Source: Cyanophora paradoxa CCMP329 (taxonomy: Eukaryota > Plantae > Glaucophyta). Taken from it: a DNA stretch of 64,000 bases. Below are positions 1 through 14,893 of the stretch, in pieces. Position numbers and translations under genes: made by a program. Each line of letters begins with the position of its first letter. The first letter of the stretch is position 1. The DNA lies in assembly GCA_004431415.1 (NCBI GenBank), contig QPMI01000415.1, positions 186,001 to 250,000 of the forward strand, written 5' to 3'. The notes under the pieces are model-generated. The model did no database searches and had not been told where the DNA came from. It saw only the letters and a list, made by a program, of their open reading frames with translations.

Positions 1-72
1 GCGGGCGGGCGGGCGGGCGGGCGGGAAGCTTTTTGAGCGCAGAGCGAGGGCGAGGGGCGGGCCTTCGTTCGC

Positions 73-2494
<2,422 letters not shown>

Positions 2495-2691
2495 CTAGAG
2501 CTAGCTAGTTTCCTCGAACGCGAGTACCCCTCGAAGGATCTTCCCCCTGTCCGTGGAACACGTCTCGGTCTGAAAAGCGACCGCCTCCACACTTCGACTA
2601 CTTGGCGCGCCGCGATCTTCTTGTCACCTCGGCGACCCGAGAAGCATCGAAGTCCGCAGCCGACGGAACTACACCCGCCGGAACCGCCGCA

Positions 2692-4370
2692 ATGTACAAC
2701 CCCGAAGCAGGCGGCTTCCAGGTCGGCCTGCGCGGCGTGCTGCACGTCGGTGCGTCGAGCCAGGCAGCTGCTGCTAACTCCGCACCGCTATCTCCGGCGC
2801 TAACGCCTCGAGCGCCGCAGAGGTTATTCGTGCTGTCAAGCTCAAGGTCTGTTCCTGCTTAGCTGATCAGAGCGCGCGCTACGCTGCTATCTACTCGCGC
2901 GCCGCGCCGCTGATATATCGATCCGAACTTGCGCAGGACTGGGGCATCCTCTTCCCGGCGATTCGGCCCTATGTCAGGCTGGTGCGCAGCGCAAGCTACA
3001 CTAGCTGCGCTTCGCGCGCTCTGTCGTGGAGTCGCGCTGACGCGTGCACCGCAGATCTGTGGCCCGACGTCCCAGGTCCGAAAGGGAACCCCGCGGCCGT
3101 GCACACTCTTAGCCCAGTGCTGACCGCGCCCCGGATTGCTACTGCGTCGTCTCTTCGAGTAGCAAACCGAGGCGCGCAGCCGCCGCGCGCCGTCCCCGCG
3201 CGCGCCCCCGGCGCTGCCCCTGAGCGTCCTGAACCTCCCTCCCCCCGCGCAGGTCCAGATGAAGGACCGGCTCAACCCAGTCTGGAACGCCTCCTTTTCC
3301 TTCCAAGTCACGGAGCAGATGGTCAGTCGGGACGCCTCGCGCCTGGCGCCTGCCCGCCCCCCGCCCGCCCCTGGCCCCCGCCCGCCCGCGGCCGCCTGCC
3401 CTTGCCCCGAACCGAGTCTGCGCAGATACCAGCCGTGCTCCGCGCCGACGTGATCCACGCGTCCAAAAAGGACCCCAGGGTACATTATTGCATCTCAATC
3501 AAGATTAGATTCCGAATTCAAACGCTCCGAATAGATCGTGGGGACGTGCCTGCTCCAGTTCGACAAGATGGCGCTGGACAAGCGCGTCGTGGACCAGCCC
3601 GTGCCCATCAAGAGGAGGGACGGCAAGGTCACCGGCGAGCTTCACCTGAAGAGTGCGCGCCCCGGATCGAATCGGATTTGATCCGGATCGAATTCGAGAT
3701 CGCCGACCCCCTGTTTTTTTTCAGTGACGTTCGAGTGGGATTCGACGCGCATGGAGGTCAGCGGCCCCTACGTACCCCGACAGCATCCCGCAGCTCGAGC
3801 TCGAGCTTAGCGGTTTCGCCTCCGCGCGCAGGAAATCAACGCAGAGCGGGAGCAGTTCTCGCGGCGCATCCTGGGCGACATGCAGAACCGGCCCGGCGTC
3901 GGCCACCTCTGGGCGCGCCCCTGTACCCCCCTCCCCTCCCTCTTCCCCGGTCTCGCATTCTTTCGAGCCGCCTGCAGGCCTCGGGCATGGACGACATCGG
4001 AATCGTACCCAAGGCGATCCCCCCCCCCCCTCCCCCCCCCCCTCCTTTTCCTCCTCCTTACAGCTCCGCCCCCCGTCAGGTTACGCAGGCGGACGTGGTC
4101 GAGTCGTACGACCCCTCCACGCCCCGCGTGGACCCGCGCACCGTACCCCAGTTCAACGACGACTCCGTGCGCCCCTCTTCGAATCTGAATCTGAATTTGA
4201 TCTGACCTGATCCGATCCGATCCGATCTGATCTGATCTGAGCAGTCCTCTTCGCGGACCTTCGACGGGTCGCCCGCGCCCCCGCGCTCGCCGGTCCCGAG
4301 CCCCTCGCTGCAGCCGATCTCGTCCGGGCCCGACCCGCCCGCCGGCGCCTGGGGCGCACAAGCAGACTGA
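2692..4370 (+). CDS. C2-domain protein with many micro-exons
   Basis: Spliced exons read GVLHV-EVIRAVKLK-DWGILFPAIRPYVRL ... KDRLNPVWNASFSFQV ... GKVTGELHLK, the usual C2 beta-strand pattern. 3' end uncertain. Confidence 0.55.
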
Positions 4371-4661
4371 CGATATCGATCCGGATCCGGATCGTACCTA
4401 TTGCTCCCTTTGATTTCCCGCTCCCGCTTTTTCCCCTTTCGGTCTTCTGAAATTTATTCGCTTCTTCCTAACCGGTCGCACCCGTCCCGACCCGCGCGCG
4501 GCTGCGCTTGCTGTCTAGGAAGTGGCGCACAGAGGGAAGAGAGACAGCCGAGTCGTTTCAAAAGAAAAGAGAGGCCTAAATTCATTTGGAGCTAGGGCCG
4601 CCCGGGTGGGAAAGGGGCGGCGGGGCGGGGCGTCGTCTTCGTCGTCACCATAAATAGCTAG

Positions 4662-7600
4662 CTACTGGAGGGGGCCCGGCGGGGCGCCGGTCGCGCCGGC
4701 CGCGCCGGCGGCGGCCGGCGGGGCGCCGAGGGCCATGCGCTCGCGGAGAGCGGCGAGGGACTCCTGCACCTCGGCGTACGCGGGGAGGCTCCCCGCGAAG
4801 ACGGGCGCCAGCGCCGCGCCGGCCTTGTCCAGCGCCAGGCACGCCTCGGCGGCGGGAGGGCCGCCCCGGGGCCGAGGCGGCGGCGGAGCGGAGGACGCAG
4901 AGGAGGGCGACGCAGGAGGTCGCCAGCTCCTGCGCCTGCGGCGGGAGCGACGCCAGCGCCATGCGGGCCGCCGGCGCCAGCTCGGGGCCTTGGGCGGGGC
5001 CGCCGGCGCGGGGCCGGCGCGGCCGGCGGGGGCGAGGGCGGCGGGGCGGCGGGGAGTCGGGCCCGGGGCCTGGGCCGATCCCGGCGTGGGGGCGGCGCGG
5101 CCCGTGCGGGGTGGAGGGGCGGAGGCGGGGCGGGCGCCGAGGGGGCGGGCGCAGGGGCGACGGGCACGGCCCCCGGGACGGGCACGGCGCCCGGGGTGGA
5201 CGAGGAGGAGGGGGGGCGAGTCCGGAGGGCCCGGGTACGGGGATCGGGGCGGAGGAGGAGGAGGAGGAGGAAGAGGCGGCGGGGGCGGGGGCGGGGCGGG
5301 GGCGGAGTCCGGGTACAGGAGGCGGGCCCGGGCCGCTTCGATGGCGGCCGCGGCCGCCTGGCGGGCGGATGCGAGGACCTCGGCGGCCGTGGCGGGGCCG
5401 GGGGCGGAGTCGGAGGCGTCGGAGGCGGCGGGTCCCTGGGCCGGGGCCGGGGCGGGGCGGCCCGTCCTCATCGTAGAGGTTCCAGGGGCCGACGGCGAGG
5501 CGGATGCGCTCCAAGGCCGGCTCCAGCTCCGAGTTGACCTGCTCCAGGCGGCAGAGGCAGAGCGCGTACTGCTGCCGGAAGGCCTCCGAGACGCCGGCGG
5601 GGCGGCCGGCCCCGGACGAGAGCAGCAGCGCGGCCGGGCGCGCCGCCACGGCCGCCGCCGCAGGCGTGGGCTCCCCGGCGGGGGAGGGCGTGCCCTCCAG
5701 GCCCACCCCGAGTGCCGCCGAGGCGCCGCCGGGCGGGCCGAGGCGGGCGCCGGCGTGGCGGAGGCGGAGGCCGACGCCGCCGACGCCGCGTCGCCCTCGC
5801 CGCCGCCGCTGGCGCCGGGCGTCGCGGGCGGGCCGGGCGCCGGCCCCGGCAGCCTCTCCAGCTCGGCGTTCATCTCGCGGAGCTGGCCGAGCAGGTCCGT
5901 CTTGGAGCGGAGGAGCCTCGCCACGCGCGCCACGTCCCGCGGGTCAGGCAGGAAGTCCCACGCCCCGTCGTCCTGCATGAGTCCTGTTAGGGGAAAGGGA
6001 GAAAGGGTTTTCCGACTGACTGACCCGGCCGTCCTCGGCCATGTGGGCGGCGACGCCGGGCCGGGGGGCCCGCGAGAAGGCGAGGCTAGCGGCCGCGGAG
6101 CGGGCCAGGGCGAGTCCCCGCGTCGGGCCGCCGGCGCCGACGGGCCCGGGCTCCCGCGGCCGCCGCACGTGCAGGAGCTGCACGGGTCCCTGCGGCTACA
6201 GACGGGCCGGATCGAATCAAAGCGAAGCGCCTAAGCGAGGCGGAAGGCAGGGGCGGCCAGGGCGCACCGCCACGTCGTAGTCGCTGACGGTGTGCTGCCC
6301 GAGGGCCGCGCGGGCGAAGCGGACGGCGTAGCACGGCTCGCCCCGCCCGTTCGTCACGAGGCCGGCGATCTGGCCCGCGTGCGGCTCCAGCGTCTTCGGG
6401 TGCAGCGCTGCCGTGGGGCTCAGGTCAGATCAGATCAGATCGATCCGAGGTGTGCGGCGCCCACCGATGCAGGGCTGGCCCGGCGCGAGCTGGCTCGGTA
6501 TGTCGAAGTTGCACTTCTCCGCCTGGTCGTTCGGGTCCGCCTGCGGGGTACGCCCCCCTCAGGCGCGGTCGGTCGGGAGGGGTACGACGGCGAACAGAAC
6601 GCAACGCACGCGGCCTTGCTGGACCGTGCGGATCATGTCCCGATGGTTCGCCAGCTTCTCGCGCTCCGCGGCCAGGAAGGCGGGGGAGAGGCGGCGCGCC
6701 CGGCCCATCGCCGAGCGCACCTGCGACCACTCGATCCGCGAGAGCCGCTCGAACTGTAAGGGGGGAGGGATGGGCCGTCAGTCGTGAAGAAGAAAGAGAA
6801 GGCCGCGGAGCGATGGCTGCGGGTGCGGAGCGGACCCGGCAGTCGATGCCGGCCTCGACCATCTCGTCCGCAAAGTCCGGGCTGCAGAAGAACGAGCGGT
6901 CCACGGATCCGTAGAACCACTCGAACCTGGGGTGCGGGGTCGGCGGGGAGGGCGGGAAGGGTAGGGGAGGAGGGGAGGGGCGGGGCGGACCAGGCGAAGC
7001 GCTTGCCGGCCTGGAGGCGCGAGCCGGTGTGGAGGAGCAGGGAGTGCCAGAGGCGCGTCACGGCGGGGTTCTTCGAGCGGTGGCGGCACCCCGAGGCGAC
7101 CTGGGCGAGGGCGAGGGCGTGGGCGGGGGCTGGGGCGCCGAGGGCCGAGGGCCGAGGGCCGAGGACCGAGGACCGCACCCGCGGCTGCATCGCGTCGTGC
7201 GCGTCGCCGCCCTCGAGGGCCGCCCGGCGGCGCGAGGTGGCGCGCTGCCTCTGCACCGGCGGCGCGCTGACCTCGTACTCCTCCGAGTCGCTGCGGAAGA
7301 AGAGGAAATGAGGAAGGAAAGAGAAGGAACAGAAAGAAAGAAGGGCGCGCTATCTGGAGGAGCTCGCGATACGCCGCTTGGCGGGCGAGGGACGGTACTC
7401 GGGGTCGTCGTCCTGCGAGAAGGGTCGTTTGGGCGGCGGCGGCGGCCGGGAGGGCGGCGCGGGCGGGTGGGCGGGTGGGTGGGCGGGGCGCCCTCTCCGC
7501 ACCATCATCTGGGCGGCGCCGCGGCGAGGCTGCTGCGCCTGGCGGCTGCTGCGGCTCGGGCCCGCGGGCGGCGCCGGCGCGCTGCTCGCCTCCGCAAAGA

Positions 7601-8366
7601 GCTGCCGGGCCTGCCGCTTCGGCCTCCTGCTGCCCGCCGCGGGCTCCTCCACCTGCCCCGGGCCTCAGCGCAACGATTACTAGCGCCCGCAGAGGTCCGC
7701 ACCTCGGCGCCCCAGTCCGCGAGCTTGCGCTTCATGTTCAGAGCTGACGCCCGCTTCGGCCGGCCGTGCTCCTCCTCCAGGATTGGCGCCGGAGCAGCGA
7801 CCGCGGCAGGAACGAGCGGGTCTAAGTTTGACGAGCTCGATTCGCGCCTCGGCGTGGGCTGTGGGCTTGGGTCAGGCCGCGAGCCGTTGCGGATTACGCG
7901 ACGGGGTCCGCACCTTCCCCGGCTTCTTCGGCGTCCTTCGGGTCGTGCTCTCGCCGCGGATGAAAGCTATGAAACCCTCCTCGTTGGAATCGTCCCGCCC
8001 CAGGTAGCCCATCGCGGCCGACAGAAGCGCCTCCAGCTGCGCTTGGGGTTTGCCATGTCGCCGATGGATCACCCCGACCGCCTTCTCCTCCACGTCGGCA
8101 TAAACTGAGAGGTTGTGGCATCAGCGCGCCGCGCTACTGAGCCCAAAGGCTTGCTAGCAAGCAGAGGGTCGGGTTCTAGCGAGAGAGGGCCGGCTGAGCC
8201 TTTCGCGGGCAGGTTCGCGCATCGCAAGCATGCGATGGCTCTTTGCGACGATACGGCGCGCAGCAGAGCCACTGCAGCACATCAACATTGCGGAGTGCGG
8301 CGCACCCTGGAAGAACTCTCGTAGCTCCGCGTCAGAGAAGTTTGCATGAACTGAGGAGTCTCCCAT
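4662..8366 (-). CDS. LIN9: LIN9/ALWAYS EARLY-like DREAM-complex subunit (DIRP domain, Tudor-like region, C-terminal coiled coil)
   Basis: Exons FEWFYGSVDRSFF, RIEWSQVRSAMGRARRLSPAFLAAEREKL (DIRP), CYAVRF..LGQHTVSDYDV (Tudor-like), LLRSKTDLLGQLREMNAELE, FRQQYA; N-terminal LEALLSAAMGYL...EGFIAFI resembles the plant ALY N-terminus. Confidence 0.75.
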
Positions 8367-8650
8367 CTCCTCGCAGCACGACCCCGAGGAGGTCGGCGAA
8401 CGCCACCACCCAACGTTCCAGCGGATGCGTATCCCCCTCCAGGTGGTCCCCCCCCCCCAGCTGCGATCGCCCGAGAAGCTGCGAGCCCAGCGGCGAAATC
8501 GACGCTCGAAGCTCAGCAGCTAGCCCACGAGCTAGCTGCGAGCCCTGCGGCCGCGCCAGATCGTAGCCAGGCCAGTCGAGCTTATCCAGCTGCTCGCAGT
8601 ACTAGTGCCGCTCGAGGCGATTCCAAAACTCCCATCGCTAGCTAGAGCAT

Positions 8651-11600
8651 ATGGTGGGCTCCGAGCGCGACGCGCAGCAGGGCGCGCCCAAGCGGGTGCG
8701 CCTCTGCAAGCTCGAGCCCGCGGACAGCGGCGAGGGCGAGTTCGAAGAGGAGGAAGAGCAGAGCGGCGGCGAGGGCGGCGGGCAGGGCGGCGAATGCGGC
8801 GGCGAGGAGCTCGAGCTCGAAGAGGACGACGAGGACGGAGGGGACCACGTTGCCTTCCGCTGGCAGTTCGGTGCGCGAGCGCGCGCGCGCGCCCCGGTTC
8901 CCAGCCGCGCCGCAGCCCGCCCGGCTCCACCTAAGAGAGGCCCGGCCCGGCCGCAGACATGATGAACGACGAGCCCCGGAACCGGAGCTACGACCTCGCG
9001 CTCCGCGCCGCGCTCAAGAAGCAACCAGGCGCCCACGTCCTCGACATCGGAACGGGGAACGGACTCCTCAGCATGATGGCGCTAAGGCGCGGCCGCGCCG
9101 GCCCGCCGGGCGCGCGCTCTCTTTCCCGAAAGCTTCTTAGCTGGCCCGCGCGTTTGCGCAGGGCCGGGGCGGGCCGAGTCACGGCGTGCGACGTGACCGG
9201 CGCTCTGGTGGACGCGGCGAAGGAAGGGCTGGCGGAGGCCGTGGAGGCGGGGCGCGCCTCCGTCCTGCACAAGCACTCGTCCGACCTGGTCGTCGGGGAG
9301 GGCGAGGACATGAAGGGGCCCGCCGACGTGCTCGTCGCGGAGATCTTCGACTCCGAGGTGCGCGGGGGTACCGCGTCGTTTCCCGAACCGTGACTCACGG
9401 GTGGGGGGGTACAGCTCTTCGGCGAGGAGGTGCTGGGCACGTACTCGGACGCGATCGCGCGGCTCCTGCGGCCCGGGGCGGCGCTTGTACCCCGCTCTGC
9501 CCGCCTCTTCGGAGCCCTCGTCGAGTGCGACAAGGTCCGCCGCGAGAACACGGTGCACCTGTACCCCCCTCTTTCCCGGAGCCGCTGTACCCCTCTGAAA
9601 TGGGGCGTTAGGTGGGTACGGTGGAGGGGTTCGACCTCTCGGGGCTACAGCGGCACCGGCCCGACGCGTACGACTTCTTCAGGCTTCGTGCGTGTACCCC
9701 GTTCGCGTTCGCCGTACCCCGGTACCGAACCCTTCCTTCCCAGCCTGCGTACCCCACGAGCGGCTCTCGGCGCCGGCTGCGCTCGCCTCCTTCGACTTCG
9801 GTACCCCCTCCGAGGCCGAAGGCAGCGAGTACTCCGCCACCATCCCGTGCGCCGTACCCCCTTTACCCCGTCGGCGGCCGTACCCCCGCCCACTCTTTCC
9901 GGTCAGCGTGACGCGCTCGGGGCGCTTCGACGCGCTGGCCTTCTGGTACACGCTCCAGATGGGCTTCGAGGGGGTACCGGATATCACAACCTCCCCCGAC
10001 GCCCCCGAGGGCGCCGTACGTCCCTACCCCCCTCTTCCCCCAGAACATCTTCCGCCCACAAACACGTACCCCCGCCTCCCTCAGGTGCGGGAACACTGGA
10101 GCCAGGCGTTCTACGTACCCCCCGAGGCCCTCCGGCTCGAGGCCGGCTCGGAGCTCCGGGTACGCGTGCTCCTGCAGGGGGACCGGTGAGCTCGAGGCTT
10201 TCCCGCGTAACACGCACCCCTCGGGGCCTAATCCCATGTACCCCCGCGCAGCCTCTACTTTTCCGCGTGCCCGGCCCCTGCCGATCCGCCGGCCCCGGGG
10301 CCCAGCGCCTCCGCTCCCCGAGTCGGTGCGTTCCTGATCCGCTGGCGCGGATGGCCCCAACTTGATCTGAGCGGCCCGGGCAGGGAGGGCCCTGCCCCGG
10401 GCCTGCCTCGCCGCGCTCAACGACGGGCCCCACGCCTCCGCCCTCGCCGCCGCCGCCCGCGCCGCCGCGGAGGCTCGTACCCCCCTGCGCGCCCTGGCGG
10501 TCGGGTGCGGGCCAGCGGGCCTGGTGGCGCTCGCTGCCGCGGCCGCCTGCGCGCCGGGTGGCGACTCCTCCGTCACTTTGTCCGCCCCGGACGCCCACTG
10601 GCGGGCCGTGTTCCAGTCAGACGCTCTCATCCCGAACTCCCGCGGTACCCCTTCCCGTCTTCTTCCCCCCCCCCCGTTTCCTTAGAGACCGCGCAGCGCT
10701 CCGCTGTCCCGTTCGGACCATCGCGTGCGCCCCCGCGGACTTGGACGGGTACGGGAGCGACGAGGGGGGTAAGGATTGCAGCCCCCTGCGGGAGGGCGCC
10801 CCCTATAACGCGGTCCTCTCCGAGCTCCTCGACATGGGTGCGCCTCGTACCCCTCCCCGAACTCCGCGTACCCCTTCGAGCCCGCTGTACCCCCCAGAGC
10901 TCCTCGCCCACGGGGGCTCCCTCTCCTCAGTCGAGCACGCCCTCCTCTTCGCGGTGCGTCCCCCCCCCCACCCCACCCGCATCTCCCTCCTATCTCAATT
11001 GAAGGGGGGTACAGGCCCAGCTGAGGGCGCTGCGGGGGGCGGGACTGCTGGACGAGGACTGCGCGGTTGTACCCGCCGGGGCCCGCGTCATGGCCGCCCC
11101 CATCGCCAGCGAGGCCCTCGCACTCCGGTACCCCGCTCGCTATTCCCCCCTCCCTCTCACTCACTTTTGTTATTTACCCCGCTTCCCCCCCCCCCCTCCC
11201 CCCCCCCCCCTCTTGCAGATTCGCGACTGTGGACGCACGGAGGACGACGGGATTCGAAATGGAGGCCATGCGCCACCTCCGCGAGGTCCGGGGGGAAAGG
11301 CGGGGCGGGGTACAGGATTTCCCCTCATACCCTGCCCGCTCTCGGCGCAGGTCCGCGCCCCGATGGAGATCCCGATGCTGGCCGAGGGGGAGTACGCCCT
11401 CCTCTCCGAGCCCGCCCAGGTACCCCCTGCCGCTCCTCCCCCCCCCCACCCTTTCTGACCCCCCGCCTTCGTTCGCAGGTCCTGGAGCTTGACTTCGCCG
11501 CGATCGCTCGCGCCGACGCCGACCCGGGGCCCCGGCCCGGCGACCTCGACCTCGCGTTCCGGTACCCCCCTCTCTTCCCCCCCTCCTTTTTTTCGATGAC

Positions 11601-11972
11601 GCAGTCGGGGTAGGCCCGTGCGGGACGGGAAGGCGTGCGCCGTCCTCATCTGGCTCGAGATACGGTACTGTACCCCCGCCGCGCTTGGCCCCCCGGCCCT
11701 GCGGGCCTGCGGCGCCGCTCGCTCACGGGCCACGGCTGCGCCGCAGGACGGCCCCGGGGGCGCCCCCCATCTCGACGCACGACTCGTCCGGCTGCTACCG
11801 GCACACGGTGCTCCCGCTTCATTCGAGCTCGAGCTGCCCCGCTGATCCGGTGGGATACGGACAGGTGCAGTTCCTCGGGGAGCCGGCGCCCCTGGAGCGG
11901 GGCGGCGCGCCGCTCGCCCTCACGGCCGTCTACTCGGGGGCCTCCCTCCGCTTCCGCCAGCCTGGGCACTGA
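8651..11972 (+). CDS. PRMT7: Protein arginine N-methyltransferase, PRMT7/PRMT9-like, multi-exon
   Basis: MMNDEPRNRSY, VLDIGTGNGLLSMMA (motif I), VTACD, DVLVAEIFDSE-LFGEE (double-E loop), FDALAFWY, REHWSQ (THW-loop variant); degenerate second module downstream. Confidence 0.75.
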
Positions 11973-12599
11973 CCGTCCGGGTCGCCGAGGGTCGGACGAA
12001 CGTTCATTCTTTCGGGCAGCGAAGCTAAAGCCAGCAGCGAACCAGTAGCGAACCAGCCGCTGAGCAGCCGGGGCACTGACCGTAGGGGGCCGGGGGCGGC
12101 CGAACGGGTCCGGCGAACGTTCGCTCGTTCGGCCAGCGAAGCAAGCAGCGCCTCTCGAGATCCAGCTACACGAATCTATATATTCAAATTCGAGCGGCTT
12201 TCAGGCCTCGGCTTATATTAGGGAGGCAAGGGTCCGGACTCCGGACCCGGCCGGGACTGGCCATGTGGGAGGAACGGACGCTCATGATCATGATTAGGGC
12301 GCCGGGGAGGGAGAGGGATCATGATCGAATTATTATTATTGATGTGGCCAAACTTGAAAAATTACGTGGGCCGCCCGTGGCACCCGTGCACGTGCACGGT
12401 GGCCCCTGGCCCGGGGCCCTGGGGCCGTTGAATGATCGACTCGACTCCCGGGAGCCAGGAGGAACTACGCGTACATATAACGGTTAACCATCAGTGGTCC
12501 GTTACTGGTACCTCATACCTGGTACCTTATTCTGCTGCGTGCTGCATCTGTACATTTCGTTGTATAGTGCTTGCATTTCGATTCTCGAAGCCATGATAT

Positions 12600-12674
12600 T
12601 AAGGCCGAGAAAACGTTTTTCAAGCCTATTTAACGGTAAGGCCGAGAAAACGTTTTTCAAGCCTATTTAACGGT
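12600..12674. repeat. Tandem duplication of a 37-38 bp unit containing the palindrome AAAACGTTTT
   Basis: taaggccgagaaaacgttttt(t)caagcctatttaacgg occurs twice in tandem. Confidence 0.85.
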
Positions 12675-14893
12675 GACGGTTTGTCACCGAAACAACCCGT
12701 TGTGCATATACAAATATATGAAGTGTCGCTATATATAGATGTGCATATGTATGCCACATACTCTCGAGCGCCCTCCCCGGCCCACACCGCGGCCACCCCG
12801 CCGCTGCACCCTTTTTCGTCCCCCCGGAGTAATAAATATATTCATGCCCTTCGATCGCCCTTGCACGGCTCGAAGAGTCGGATCCCTCGGCGTGAAAAGC
12901 ACGTATACGTAGCTCCAGGACACGATCTTGACCTGCAGCTGGTGCAGGGGCGGCGTGAGCCGAGAGGCCGGTCCGGGCCGATCGCGACGTCGACGGATAA
13001 GGACGAGCTCGAGGGGGTTCAGGATCTGGGCGGGGGATAGAGAGCAGAACGGCACGGCGGACCTTCAGCCCGTAGCCTGTCGGGGTGATCCCCCGCCCCG
13101 CCCCTTTCATTCGAATTGGAATTAGGGGTAGAAGGGACCCGGAGGTGAACGCGCACACGGAGGTCGAAGCTCGAGAGGCCGCTAGCCATATATATGTAGA
13201 ATTTATTATTGACAGCCACACTGTGACATGCAAATGTACAGCTCGGTCTGATTGCACCGCGGCACACGTCCAAGCCAGCCACGCCAGCGCGCAGCGCGAC
13301 TAAAGGATCCGGAATCAGGATATCGATGCAGCTGCATCGAGCCTTCGACGTCATCCAGGACATCCAGGACATGTACAGTTCAAGCACAGGCCCCCCGGCC
13401 GGGTCCAGCCACAGGCCTGGGCTACGCGAGTGAATTTGAGTAATGTCGATCGCGTATTCAAATTTAGTTGACGATAAACTTCCTCCGAGGGGCTCTTTAT
13501 ACGCGGGCAACGACGTGTACGGCAATAAAGAGTTCGGCATTGCAATCGGCAGTGGTGGAGACCCTGTCGTGAAGGGCAACCGGTGCCCCGGCCCACCCCC
13601 CTCCACCCTCCCCTGGTTTTTAATGCCCCTGGCTTTGGCATCAGGTTGAGGTGAGAGTGGTAAGGTAGAGCACTAGGCAGGCTCGAAAAATCGAGCAGTG
13701 TCCCCTTCTGACCATCCCGGGGGCGCAGCGCGCGCGCACACGGACCGTAGCCATGGTCGTTCCCCGTGGCGTGGCATCATGGCATCATGGTGGCGTGCGA
13801 CGGCAAGGGCACCATCGAGGGGAACTCGGAAGCCGCATAGTCTCGGTGTGTGCGCGAATTCGAAGCTAGCTGGCCGGAATTGAACTCGAAGAAGAGACAG
13901 AGAGGAGAGTGTGTGTGTAGAAGGGGGAGCATACTTCGGATTCTCCTCCACTCCTCCTCGAGCCCCGTACCACCACTATTAATTTTTGGCCGGCCTCGGA
14001 CTCCTCTCGATACAGACAGTCAGAAGCACTAGAGGCGCGCCAAGGAGACGCGCGCTGAGGAGAGGCGCGCGCTGTTTACCGTAAGCGTTTTCAATTGCGA
14101 ATCGATCGAGCGATATCGATGTCGGAGCCCGATCGCGAGCTCGAGGATCCCGATACCGAGATCGCGAGCAAGGTATGTACGCGCGATCGCTCAACCGCTT
14201 CCGCAATATAATAATATTCCGATCGCACAATTGCAAGCGCCGGAGCTGATCTGATAGTGACAGCAGGAAAAGCGCGCCCGCGTCGACATCCAAGAGCCGG
14301 CGCCGGCGCCGTCGCCATCGCCAGCATGCGCATCTACAGCTGCATCCATTGATCAATTGCAATCGATTGATCGGGCAACTGGCGCTCGTTCTCAAGATAA
14401 CTATCAATTGGCAGCCGGCCTCGACATCAACGCGCCGCCGGACGTCGACGAGTTGATGAGCGAATTCTTCAAGGCCCTCGGGCTGGAGGAGAGCTGGCCG
14501 CTGCGAAGTGTTTGCAGGTATGTGTTGGCGTAGGCCTTCTAGATCTAGATCTTCTCGGCACTTATATAATCGGAATATTGATGACTCCCGATCTTGATCA
14601 TCGGATGCTCTAGCTATACATTGATTAAAATTTATTTGCAATCAACGCAACCAAATTCGAATCTAGTAAATTCATGATCGTGCAAATGATCTGGCCATGG
14701 CTTCGCAGGCGATGGCGACAGTTGATCCAGGACACACAGTGGCCCAGCTTCGAAATGAATATTAACAGCGGAATAATGGATGGATGCGCATGCATGAGCG
14801 ATGTCGACGACGACAGTGATCATGACGATATTGATGAATTGCACCGCGCAGCGGCAGTTGCAGTCCTTTTAAGCCAGCAAAAGCTGCGTCTTA

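Noticed and set aside
12170-13660. Possible gene or transposon in the lower-GC interval
   Set aside because: No recognisable protein motif, TIR pair or TSD could be supported.
13672-13698. Helitron 3' end on the minus strand (GCTCGA-TTTT-TCGAGC hairpin, then CTAG|T)
   Set aside because: The hairpin is only ~4 nt from CTAG, and no 5' TC end, second copy or Rep/helicase is visible.
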